Shown one piece after another: positions 52,080 to 64,000 of a DNA stretch of 64,000 bases (position 1 is the stretch's first letter; every line of letters starts with the position of its first letter). The notes under the pieces were generated by a model. The model did no database searches. It was not told the origin of the DNA and was given only the letters and a program-made list of their open reading frames with translations. The position numbers and the translations under genes are program-made. Source of the DNA: Antedon mediterranea (lineage: Eukaryota > Animalia > Echinodermata); the NCBI RefSeq assembly GCF_964355755.1, contig NC_092672.1, positions 15,500,001 to 15,564,000 on the forward strand, written 5' to 3'.

Positions 52080-53400
52080 CACAGAGACATAAGGTGTTTT
52101 CCATGCTTTGAAAATTATTTTCAACGCAAATTTTTGGATATTTAAAGAAAGATCAAACACTTGACATGGATATTCTAAACGCAGACGAATGAGGGCAAGT
52201 TTGCGAGTCACAAACGTAATAGAATTGTCTGTAAATAAAACCCAGCAATTTGTTCACCTGTTTAGTAATAATGTGGATATGGTGGTTCCAGGCCAGATCA
52301 AGATATTTAAAAATGGAAACTTTTTCGATTAACATATCATTAATAAAGAAAACATTTACAGATTTATTTACTTTTCGAGAGATCTGTAGGTATTTGATCT
52401 TAGAAATATTTATAAGTGGGATTTCGTTTAGAGACCCATGTAGCAATTAGATCGATGTCATTCTGAATATCGTTAGCTGTTGATAAATGTAGAGGAGAAT
52501 ATAACAACATTTTTTCAGCAAATAGAGTAATCTTAGAATGTGTTGAAAAGAGTAAATTAGAAAAAGTAAGGGACCATTCGGAATGACATCCATCCAATAC
52601 CACGTGTTGGTACCTATTTTCAAAATAGGAACATAACAAATTAAAGAGTACAGGATTAATTTCTAACTTTAAAAAATGATTTAACATGGTCATGGAAAAC
52701 ACTTAATAAAGCTGAGACCGTTGATCTCACCTTTCTAAATCCATATTGCTCATTACTAAACCCTCCCTTTAGTTCAAGCTAGTAGACAATTATAAATGTT
52801 TTTCAAAAACTTAATAAAGAGATGGGTCTGTAATTTGAAGGAGATGTAGGATCTCCTCCTTTAAAAACAGGGACCATTTTCGATAATTTAAAAATAGATG
52901 GGATGTGGCCATTACTAATAAAATGATTAAACTATACCATCATGTCCAGTAGCACATTTGAAATTAGAGGCTTTAATCAGCTTAGCTACTTCTAAAGGCA
53001 TACAAAAAATATTTAATAACATTAACAATGGGTTCAGGTAAATGGTCATAACATGGACCAATATTTACATCATTAAAACATTTATAAAAATATATATTTA
53101 AGAGCCTTGCTTTTTTAGTGCTAGAAGAACTGGTGGTATTACCAGTTACAAGATCAGGAATCTTTTTATGCTTGCTAGTAATGTTCTTGATTCCTTTCCA
53201 AAATTGTTTAGGGAACAGGTTTTTACAAAGTTTCTTAAAATACTCAACTATTCTTTTACGTAAGATATGGTTTGACTCTGGGTCCCCTTTGCTTTGCGAT
53301 AGATGGAATTTCTATTTCGCATAGAAGCACGTATTTCTTTTGTGATCCAATGAATATCAGTTTTGCGAACAGCAACATATTTGTGTGGAACTGAATTGGC
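52080..53400 (-). mobile_element. Heavily decayed LINE fragment
   Basis: WITKEIRASMRNRNSIYRKAK, YFENRYQHVVLDG, LFAEKMLLY and WNHHI; abuts a hAT-like left end CAGTAGCGGATCC at 53401. Confidence 0.65.
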
Positions 53401-55261
53401 CAGTAGCGGATCCAGAGGGGGTGGGGGGAGGTGCACCCTCTGTACGCCTGGGCACCCCCCCCCCCCCCCAACCACATATAAATCTGGAGAAAAAAATTTA
53501 TCTTACCATAAGGAAAACAAATTTGGGAAAAAAAGCGCAAGAGTAAAGTACTTTCACTTTTTATCAAAACACATCATTTCAGCGCCGTGCTAATTTATTT
53601 TTATTAGGTCACCATTGCTGTCTGTAAATTTCTAAGAGTTGCACCTGAAAAATATAAACGCATAATATAGACCTAAGGCCTATGCCTATTGTAATATTTT
53701 AATAATATATTTTTTTAATTAATAATAACCAATAGGCCTATTATTTATCTACACTTTATCATATAAAGATATTGTGGAACCACGTCAGGTCAAGTTCAAT
53801 ATTGAATATCAAAATGTGGCAGGTTAAAGGTGCTTGACCTTTGACAAGATCGCGTAAACTTTTAGTATTTGAACTTTACAATACAATGTTGTATATTCTG
53901 GTACAGCCGCTCCCTAATCTCTTTGTTTTTCTTCCTTATATCTTTACTCTTATTAAAAGTTTTACTAACAAATTTTATTTTATTTATATTTTTGCTTTTT
54001 GTACGTCAACTTAATGATCAAATAACAGTTTTCTCATCGCAACTTGTACAATAACAACGTACATTTCTAGCCTAACAAAATTTTTCAAAACTTTCTATTA
54101 TTTAACAGTCGAAGATAGCCAGGTCTCGGGTCCATTCTATTGTCACCACAGATTGATATCTTCATCAGTACTTCTATGAATGGATGATTAGGTGGGGACA
54201 CAAACGCAGTACCGTTTTGATCGTACGATTAATCTGGAAACCACCTCCTCATTTTATATCTCAGTCCCAACCATGGTAGGGCTGGTTCTGGAGACTTACC
54301 GGTCTTGTTTTATATTATGTGTAACAAGTCCAATTTCCGGGACTTAGCAACTCTATTTTTCAAAATGTTCTTAGCTCCACCCCAACCATGGTGGGCTGGT
54401 CTTGTAGTCGACCTACAGTATAATTTCGTTTTATATTTCAATTTTTTGCTGGGACTTTTTAGTTCTATTTTTCACAATTTTCTTTACACCTCAACCCTAA
54501 TGGTTGGTCCTGGAGACATACATTTTGTTTCTTTTTTCGAAATACTATAATCCTTTTTACAGGGACCTAACAACTCTATTTTTCTAAATGTTCTTAGCTC
54601 CATCCCAGCCTTTGTGGGCTGGTTCCCTGGAGACTTCTAATTCAGTTTCAGGATCAGGTGCCGTTTTCGGCCACCTCGACTTGTATGGACTATACCATTA
54701 TAAAAAGATGGGAAAATAGGGGTGTCCCATTTATTAATTGAGTGTGTTCATGTGTTAAAATACTGCTCCTTTTGTTCTTTTGTTTTTCTTGTTGTTTCAG
54801 CAACAAAGGGAAAACAACTACGCCCTGCATGCTGTAGAATTAATTTCAGTTTTCAAGTTAATGCAGTATATTATGGCTCTTTATTTCTATATAATTTTTA
54901 CAGGTTTATAGATACAGAAAGTATATAAAGAAAGTTTTTATTCCAGTTAGGCCTACAAATAAAAAATATAATTTACCTAACGATAACACAGTAGTACATT
55001 TAATAAAGATGACAGTAGTACATTTATCACATACTGATTATTAGCATGGAGTAAAATTCTTTACTCCATGTTATTAGGTAATCAGTAAAACAATAAACAT
55101 TATAATTTTGTCAGTGAATCTGTACCATTTTGTTCCCAGAAAACACAGCGTTTGACATTGCATGTTTTTAGGTTTGGTCTTTCTAAAATGTTTTAAACAC
55201 GTTTTTAAACGTTTCTGTGTAGAAATACATGTTTTAATTGAACAACGTTTGCATCAAAACG

Positions 55262-55680
55262 TTATAATAGCGAATGTAAAACGGAGCTGATAATGTCGCC
55301 ATGAAGAGGATGATTGGTGTCTTCCAATATAGCATGGAATACATCGGCAAGCTGTTCGCTGTAGAACGAGTCAAGCATTTGCATACTAGACAAACCAATT
55401 ACTTTCCACGCTCTACCCAGCACCTTCTCAATTCGGTCTTTATCCCCCTTACATTCCCTTACTGATATTCCTAGCCCAATATACAATATGCCAAAATAGA
55501 ACATCACTGATTAGTAAAACATAAACATTCTATAGTACAAATATCCTGCTTTACCCCAAAGAACCGAGTTTCCTCAAGCAGTACAGCCTTGTATTTAACC
55601 TCTTAACTACGATCAACATGTCCACCCATTTAGCTTTAGTCAAACACTACTGCCAGATACTTATCAATAATTGTTAACAA
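55262..55680 (-). mobile_element. Decayed Rex1/Babar-like 3' fragment
   Basis: RLYCLRKL, DKDRIEKV and ILEDTNHPLH. Confidence 0.6.
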
Positions 55681-56094
55681 TCTCTACTTCCTTTACTTTA
55701 ATTAATGTATACTGTCAGACCAATTATGTTTTCGAAAATCAATCCTTATTTCTTTCGTTTTATTTATGTTTAGTTCAAGAAAATAAAAAATATGATTTAT
55801 CTACCGATAGGATTGGGCCGATTAGAATGCATTTGCCAACATTCGTACATATTTCACAACATTATAGAGTTTAGGTAATTTAACCGATTGTAATGTAGTA
55901 TTTAGGATGTTTTAATTCGATTGTATTGTAGTATTTAAGATTTTCTAATTTCGAATCCGATTGTACAAAAATTTAAAGTGTTTAAATCTAGATAGGAATA
56001 ACATAGGCCTAGTATTTAATATGCTTTAATTTTGATTATACTGTAGTGTTTAGTTTAGTTTTTATATATAATAAGTAAGTATACCTACTTATAT

Positions 56095-56880
56095 AGTTTT
56101 TATTTATTTATTTATTCATAGGAATCACCTTTATATCGGTGTCACACATTTATCAGTTAATGGTGCATCCAATTTACAGACAAAATTACAAATAACATAA
56201 GCCACAAAGTTCTAAATACTAATACATAACATCAAAACAAAATGTAAACTAGTTAATTAATTTATAGATCTGTATGAAAATACATAATACGTAAATTGTA
56301 CAATATATATAACTACAAAAATTAAAACAGAACAACAAAAATACAGGATAGGCCTAAGAAATAAAACTTACAGATACATCCTCATAGAGATGTATGTAGC
56401 TTGTTTACTATATTAATCAATTAGTTGAGAGAGGTAATGTGGATAACATTGTAGATCTAGTAACCCATGCTTTCATTAAATATGTTTTACAATAAAAATC
56501 AAAGATTTTTCCTAATGTTTCATTTTCAGTGAATAAATTGTCTAGCATAAAGTGGTGTTTTAACTGAGGTCCACAATTAAAATTATCCCGGTACATACTT
56601 AATTATTGTCTAACAGAGTTTAATGAAGGACATTTAAATAACAAAATGGTTTACTGTTTCTTTTTCGTTTGTACTACACATCTTACATAATCCTGTGTCA
56701 TGATTTGATCAGGATTTTCTACGACCCTCAAGATCTAGAGAGTTTGATCTTGCTTTAAATTTTAAATTGATACTCTTAAAATTAGTTTTATCTAACAAAT
56801 ATTGTTCAAGGTTTGGTTCCTTTATACATAGTATATTCCGTTAACGTTGTGTTTTGCATGGAATTTCGTTTTGCATTGTG
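56095..56880 (-). mobile_element. RTE-X-like LINE 3' fragment
   Basis: LEQYLLDK..FKARSNSLDLE..LCKMC..ETVNHF..CPSL zinc-knuckle; (TAAA)n tail. Confidence 0.6.
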
Positions 56881-57615
56881 CCTTTGAAAACCACTCGTTA
56901 TGATCAACTTGTTTATTATTTTTCCTAAATGGCTTTATCCAGTTAGTAGATGGTTCTTCATTAAATTTGTCTATAAAATTAGTTTTATATAAAATATCTT
57001 AATATAATATAATAATATTGTAATATAGTAATATTGTTACAAAATCTTGGCATTCCCTAACACTAGGCCTACCTAATAATAACATGCCTTTTTAAAATGC
57101 TAGTTTTTGATGTTCTGTATTGTTCCTTGTAGTTTGTACTGTAGGTTACATAACAGAACAATTGTATTGTCTTCCCATTAATAGACACCCTTCTCTACAT
57201 AAAACATAATACACCACACCCCTATCAAAATAATGGTATAGTCCATATAAGTCGAGGTGGCCGAAAACGGCACCTGATCCAGATCCCAGTTTCATATATC
57301 AATGTAACATTGCAATTTCCGTGGACCTAGCAGCTCTATTTTACAAAATTTTCTTACAGATGGGGGGGGGGGGGGAGTATGGGCGTACGCCCCCCCCCCC
57401 CTATTTTTTAAAGATTTTTTTTTTTTTTTTAAATTAAATAGATTTTAAAAACACGTATCGTTTCGACGGTCATCAATCACCGATGGTTTGCACATTTTCA
57501 TAGTGAAAATAGTACGTTGGAGCTTCAGCTTGATCCTTTGTGTACTATATCAATCTCTAGCGTTACCAACGATCATTCACAGTTAAGTGTAAGGAGCAAG
57601 TTGATAAAAGCCACG

Positions 57616-58688
57616 GGGTGTCACGAAAGCTCAGACCACGAAAGCTCAGACCCCCTAAGACCTAAGATCACGAAAGCTAAGACCCAACACCTAAGATTAC
57701 AAATATTTATCTTTCGCACCTGCCTTGTATTTTAACTCCCAACATTTATTCTGAATACCACACCTTAGAATTGGCACTTTCATGAAAAAGAATCACATAA
57801 AAAGTAACAAATACATTTTTAAATTGATGATTTTACAGACGTTTTTCTCGCACACAAAATGACTAGCCTACAGTACTACAGTAGGCCTACCCCATGTTCA
57901 ATGTTTTTGTTTCTATGGAACGTCAAAAGAGCAAAAATTATATAGAGGGCTGAAAACTCCGTGGAGTCCACCTACAGTGTGGATGGAACAATGTAAAATT
58001 AAAATTGTAATGATAATAGTATAATCATGCAAGTACGAAGAAATAAATACTGGCAAATAAATTTTAATTTAAAAATCATGATAAGTTTTTTTGTTTCGTT
58101 TTCTTTCTGTTTTTATGCTTGTACTATTATTGTTGCTCTTTTGGCGCTCCATGGAAACAAAAACATTGAGCATGGTGGGAGCTCGAGGAGTTACAGTATA
58201 CAAAGAAACACATATGTAAAATCATCAATTTAAAGGATTTATTTATTTGTTATTATGTGTTTCTCCTTCTGAAAGTACTTATAAGTCCTAATTTTAAAGT
58301 GTGGTGTTCAAGATAAAGTTAGTCAACAAATTTGGAGTCAAAATACAAGAAAGGCAGGTGCGTAAGAAAAACATCCTCTGAACCAACACAATGGAGTAAA
58401 TATATACCAACAGACAACCCGTCAAGTTTGTTTGTTGTAAAGAAAAAATATACATTTACTCAACGGGCGAAAATAATGTGAGTTTATCTATGTTTTGCGG
58501 TAGTATTAAATTATATTTATGGTAATAAATGAAACCTACTGTGTTTAAAATTATGTATGGATAAACAAGTATTGTTTTTAATCTGTAGTATATCTTAGTA
58601 TTTGTAATCTTAGGTGTTGGGTCTTAGCTTTCGTGATCTTAGGTCTTAGGGGGTCTGAGCTTTCGTGGTCTGAGCTTTCGTGACACCC
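57616..58688. mobile_element. Mutator-like foldback MITE, copy 2 (opposite orientation to copy 1)
   Basis: Same TIR as 44147-45224; 10-bp TSD AAAAGCCACG. Confidence 0.92.
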
Positions 58689-60853
58689 AAAAGCCACGTG
58701 GTGAGCTTGGTCACGTTTCACTAAGCAGGTTGGCATCCTTTGTGATCGTCACTCCCGTATTGTAGAGTAGCGGTACCTCCGACGATCAACCACAGTCAAT
58801 GAATAGAGTTGATGAAGCCACATGGTCAGTGCTACTATACTACGCGCCCATTTATTAAGTACAATAAAAACAAAGGCTAGGACTGTATAGTGCCTATGAA
58901 AATTATCCCGTTAGTAATATACATTTTAATGAAATAAAGGCCTGTTAAAATATTAACAATGCTGCAGCATTTCATGACCCTTGTTGTTTTATTTGCTTTT
59001 CCGTCGATGATTCTCATAAACAAATTGCGATGACAAAAGAGGTGTTTTGTTTTTTTTAAATCACTAAATATAATGTAATGATGATCGAGCCGGACCGCTA
59101 ATTTTTAAACGATCGTTTAAACCAGGCCGTTGAATATGGTGACTACTTCTTCGCATGCAGCTAAAGTAAAATGACGTCACGTTAAAGCGTGTCGTCACAG
59201 AGTCTCATGCATATGCAAAAGAATGTTTTGTCTCTGCTTCTTGTGCGCTCATCATGATTTTACAAAATGTTTTCAGAGTGATATTAATGATGGTGCGATC
59301 GGTGGTACAGAAAATAATCCGATATTGTTCCTGATAACAAAGAAGCAGATTAAATATAGTTGTTTATTCGACCCATTTGGCTTAGACGCCTAGGCCTAGA
59401 CAGACTTTCTATGATACCTACTCCAGGCCCGTAGCCAGGGGGAGTTTTTATGGTTCAGGCGAAACCCCACCTTTAGTTTTCCAACTGCGAACCCCCATCC
59501 CCGACATGCCCAATACCTCACCCTCATCTCCAAAAATCCTCCAAATACGTGCCCCACAGTACAAAAAGTTGTTTGTAAATTGAAAAATTCGTAAACTTGT
59601 TCGTGAACCTTCTTCTCTGTATGAGCGCGTCAACTAGTGATACGTGTCTGTAAATTTCTAAAACTTAAAAGCTGCAAATGAATTGCCGATTTTAACCTGA
59701 AAAATAAATGTTTGGTCCCTGCATGTAACATGATATTGACGCGTCTCATAGCGAGCTGGCGCACGAACGATTCGTACAAAGGACACCGCCAGACAACTGC
59801 GTATACCTATTGTTTAGATCACTGGCAGTCAGGCAGCATATGCATAAAGTATATAGCCTTCCGACGTACATCAGTATTTATGTGTGACTATGAAGTATAA
59901 TGTATCATAGAGGATTATAGTGAATATTAATATTTTACACTATAATATCTATGGTATCAAGTACTGTAGTTCACATTATGGCATCCGATTATTTTTTTCT
60001 AGACCACCAGCCGATACGTACTAAAATGTATCAATATCACCTATTTACATATTTATATTCCTCAACAAATTGCTGTAAATAAATATTATAGATAGAGCTA
60101 GCAAATATGGGGCGCCATAAGCAGCAAAAGTGTGTAGCTGAAAAATGTATGTGTACATTTAAAATGTGTGTGTGTGTAATTGCAAAATGTATTTGTAAAC
60201 CTAAAAATGTGTGTGTATTTGTAAAATTCATGTTTGTAATTGTAAAACGTAGTTGTACATTTGTAAAATGTAGTTGTAAACTTTTAAAATGTAGTTGTAA
60301 ACTTTTAAAATGTAGTTGTACACTTTTAAAATGTAGTTGTAACAAGGAATGTACACTTGTAACGCTTGGTTAGAGATCTCTAATCAAGCGTGAAGACCAT
60401 ACCATTTCTCGAAAGGGGTTTATCGTCTAGAATGGCTAGATGACCGGCGGCCTGCCACCGCCTGCGAATAACCTCTACGCACCCTCATGGTATTCAGCAA
60501 GTGAGACGAGCATGCACCACATGTTTGGATGGAATCTGGAATGCATACCCATACTTCTTTTAATCGTTGATTAGGGCTATCTATACTATAGTCAACTGTC
60601 AGTGTCATCCTATTGTTGAGTACAGTATACAGTACAGTATGTAAGTAGCCCATTCCTTAGAGCTGTAAACCAGTATAGGGCCTACTACTAGGCCTAGCCT
60701 AGTACAGCTACAACAGTACAGGGACTAGCTAGCCTAGCTAGTCTACTAGTAGGCCAAGAGGCATAGGCCTATTATATAGGCGCCGCCTAGGCCTAACTAG
60801 GCAAACCGCATAAACTAGCTAATAAATGCCTAGGCCTACATCACGCAGCTTAA

Positions 60854-61860
60854 AGGAAAGGAACACCCTGGGCTAAATGTGCCACTGTGCTTATAGATAA
60901 ATGTAATAAAAACATGATTACAATGGTTCAAGGTACAATAGTAAGCAATTTAGTTAAAAAATAGACTTTTAAACGACAACATATCTGAAATTGAACAGCG
61001 CCATTTTGACAGGTTAAGAGCAATTATGTGACGTCAGATTAGGTGGACGCATTCAAGCAAATCCAAGCGCCCATCGTCATAGTACAGTATTTCAATATGG
61101 AAGTGCGGGATAGACATAAATAAAATCAATTAAATAGCCTAACATACCTAATATTTTCGGAATATGGCTTGGAGTTTTTATAATTCAGAAAATTTGGAAC
61201 CAGAATATACAGAAAGAGAGTTAGTTTTGCGTCGTGCTGATGAGGAAAAAAGAAGAGAAGAACAACATTCTCGAGCATAACAAGCCGTCGAAGAATGGTG
61301 TACTTTCGGCCAGTGTATCGTATGCCTTACTACTAGGCCTAGAACTCGTGTTGAACGAAAATAAAGTAGACACTGCATCGTCAACCAACAGCCTCCGTTT
61401 GGAAGGTTTGCCAGTTAATTCCCCTACCAAATCCCGTTTGAAACAGCTAGGCAATAAAAGTAACAATAGATTAACAATAGCTGAAAGATTTACGAATTGG
61501 CTTGCAGAAGAAAAGATCGATCGAAGGTTTGTTTACCAAGCCAGCGCATGCTCATACCGTGTCATCGCCGTCCTGCATGACCGCATGTCGCGTTATTAGC
61601 CAATCATATTAGCGGATTCGCTTAGCCAATAGAAGCGCTGAATGCAACCGCGAATCTTAAAATTTTCGTCGGCCGTATCTGACGTCACAAACAGGCTGCC
61701 ATGAGCACAAGATGGCGATTTTCAAATGTCTTGAAAACAGCTTTAAAATCCTGTTTACTAGAAAACTACAAATCCGATTTAAACATAAATTGTGCTGAAT
61801 ATTAAGTTGGTAGGTTTACTTTTATAATAGTTAGGTAAGATATTAGGGTGTTCCTTTCCT
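60854..61860. mobile_element. Kolobok-like MITE
   Basis: Perfect 16-bp TIR AGGAAAGGAACACCCT; TTAA TSD. Confidence 0.85.
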
Positions 61861-62221
61861 TTAAGTGTCAGTGTTTACTGTACCTGTCATCAATTTAAAA
61901 AAGGATTTATTTGTTTATACATTTTATAAGGGTCAGACGTGAGCCTACTTATGAATGAGGCCTACTTAAAGCCTAAATCCAAGATTTGCTATTCATGATA
62001 TAGTTAGTAATAACACATTTGGAGTTGATAACAGCAGTAGGGCTGGTGTTAGGCTAGCCAAACCTGCAGGGTATGGCCTAGCCTAGTAGTAGTAGCCCAG
62101 CTAGTTGTAAGCTAGCCCTACTAGACCTGGGTAAAACAATCAATATTTTACTACTGAAATAACAAAATGCGATATTCTATTCTTCTTCTTGTAATGTAGA
62201 ATAATCCTTTAAAATATATCT

Positions 62222-62635
62222 AAACTAGAGGGTACTCCGAGAGTACAAACCTCCGCCTACTGTAAAATTCCCCTACATAAAATTCCCTCCGAAAATGTTT
62301 TTTTTTTTACTTTTTTTTTATTAGTTCTAAAGTGTAAATAGGCTAACTGCACACTACAAAGTTGTGGATGAGAGTTTGGTGTAATGGTTATGTATCCAGC
62401 CTCTCACAGTTAAGGTCCCTGGTTCAAATCCCGCTGAGAGTTTTTTTTATTTTTATATATTTTTTTTTCGTCCGAGCTTTTGGGGCATAGATCATTGTGT
62501 CCAAATTTGGTGGGAATCGGATAAAAACTGTGGCCTTCAGGCTGTTCACAGACACACACACACACACACCCACACACGCGCACCCACGCACCCAAACATA
62601 CAGGGGTGAAAACATAACCTCCTTGGCGGAGGTAA
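62222..62635. mobile_element. Helentron-associated non-autonomous element (HINE/DINE-like)
   Basis: Terminal palindrome ACCTCCTTGGCGGAGGT, subterminal ACCTCCGCC, (CA)n microsatellite, A-rich ends, internal tRNA-like boxes. Confidence 0.75.
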
Positions 62636-62762
62636 CAAAATATGAGCTTCACCACTAGTACTGTGTAGTAGGATAGTTAATTCAGTACTGTATCTGTATT
62701 GATGAATTTAATTATTAATAATAATTTGTTTTGTTTCAGATAACTACTGTAAAAATAAAACC

Positions 62763-63120
62763 ATGGCATCGCTTTCAACAACTGATATAGATAATTTAAC
62801 CAAATCCCTACTATCAAATGACAATTTTTTAACAATCATTCAGAATGTAACTCCAAATGCTCAACCTCAAGCACATAGAAATACTACAAGAAGACCACAC
62901 CAAGATCTAAATAGTGAAATGAATAGTTTATTTACCACACCATCAACAAGATCAAGAAATACCACCAGAAGAAGAACACAAGATAATTCAAGGTCTCGTT
63001 CATGCTCTAATTCTAGGCAAAACCAAAATTACTTCTACTTAAAAGAAGTCATTTTATTGGATACATCACAAAGCGATCAAATACCCAGGGCAAATTACTA
63101 TGGAAAACTAGATGAAAAAG
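62763..63120 (+). CDS. First coding exon of a spliced uncharacterised gene (resembles N-terminus of G2E3-like HECT proteins)
   Basis: Acceptor TTTCAG at 62739, good Kozak ACCATGG, 119 open codons, phase-1 donor G|GTTAGT; motif KEVILL..DQIPR..KLDEKG. Confidence 0.65.
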
Positions 63121-63189
63121 GTTAGTTATTTATTATGATTATTATCCTAATCTACTATGTATTTCAGTTTTTTTATTCAATACTAATAA

Positions 63190-63300
63190 AAACAAGGCCA
63201 ACAGCCATAAGTCGCGTGCTAAAACGCATAGTGATACCGGACCAACAGACAGACCGACCGACCGACATAGTGAACTATAGAGTCGCGTACACGCGACTAA
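63190..63300. mobile_element. Miniature Helentron-type element in an intron
   Basis: Palindrome AGTCGCGTACACGCGACT (63281-63298), upstream AGTCGCGTG, (GACC/GACA)n microsatellite. Confidence 0.7.
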
Positions 63301-63602
63301 AAATATTGTTTCTTACCAATTTTTGTTTCAGAAACTTTTTTGGCACATTCACTTAAAAAAATGTATTTATAGTCTAAACATTTAAGTAATGAACTTTTTT
63401 AAACAAAATTCCTCAATTCATGAATAAATATATAAAAAGTATAGAACAGTGTCTTGACTAAAAAATAAATTGATTTTTTTTTTCAATCTTTTGAAAGTTG
63501 ATAAACATTTTCAAGGTTCAACATGGCCTATTTTTGTTTTTGTCTACATGAGAAATCATATTTACTGATTATGTATCATGAAATTTACTTTTAACACTAC
63601 AG

Positions 63603-63714
63603 GTCATGTTTATCATCATGTTGAACTAGAACAATGCATGACAGCAAAAGAAGTTTACAAAAAATTGGAAAATATGTTTTCAGATATATTGGAAATTGAA
63701 AGTGATCCAAATAA
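63603..63714 (+). CDS. Second coding exon of the same gene
   Basis: Acceptor CTACAG, donor GTAAGT; phase-compatible open frame GHVYHHVELEQCMTAKEVYKKLENMFSDILEIESDPN. Confidence 0.7.
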
Positions 63715-64000
63715 GTAAGTTCTTTTGATTTATTTAAATTTAAAATAAAGTACTGTAACTGTAGTGAAAACTAAAATGTTAAATTTAGTTTACAAGCAAT
63801 GTTTGATTTGCAAAAAAATATTTTGAATAAGTTTTTGCTCAGCAAAGTGGGATTCTGATTGGTTACAAGCATGACTGATTCATAGAAACAATATTCCAGC
63901 TTCCTTTTCATCTTCAAAAGATTAAACAAAATGCCTTGCAAAATCTTAACTTTGAGCTTTCAATATAATGTGATAGTACCAACATAAGAAGTTTGTTAAC

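Larger units (their letters stand above)
54651..57286. mobile_element. 2.6-kb TIR element with 8-bp TSD carrying nested LINE fragments
   Basis: 50-bp TIR GGATCAGGTGCCGTTTTCGGCCACCTCGACTT(G/A)TATGGACTATACCATTA; TSD CAGTTTCA at 54643-54650 and 57287-57294. Confidence 0.8.
60106..64000 (+). mobile_element. Putative left part of an IS3EU-like DNA transposon (extends beyond the window)
   Basis: Starts TATGGGGCGCCATAAG, followed by a 21-bp subterminal minisatellite (TGTAGTTGTAAACTTTTAAAA, about 60130-60345); spliced gene downstream. Confidence 0.45.

Noticed and set aside
60037-60373. Cys-rich or LQLHFKS-repeat proteins
   Set aside because: Translation of the 21-bp subterminal minisatellite
61178-61599. 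ORFs in the Kolobok-like MITE
   Set aside because: No DDE or THAP motif recognised

Overview
AT-rich eukaryotic (metazoan) DNA dominated by nested transposons; no prokaryotic operon, rRNA or CRISPR. A Deu/Nin-type SINE and abundant TAGGCCTA motifs suggest an invertebrate deuterostome such as an echinoderm (inference). The one clearly intact host gene (11885-13207, minus) encodes a type I membrane receptor in a single coding exon: signal peptide, three Ig domains, TM helix and a tail ending in a canonical ITIM (SVYAEV). A decayed tandem copy of its 3' half lies at 7008-9419. At the right end, a spliced gene (from 62763) lies downstream of a TATGG-starting, minisatellite-rich terminus resembling an IS3EU transposon. 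The rest comprises decayed LINEs (L2/CR1/Crack-, Rex1/Babar- and RTE-X-like), a Penelope RT fragment with hammerhead-ribozyme pLTRs, a decayed hAT transposase, a tRNA-derived SINE, Helitron/Helentron derivatives and many MITEs with readable TSDs, including two near-identical copies with 10-bp TSDs. All family assignments come from visual motif recognition, not database searches.
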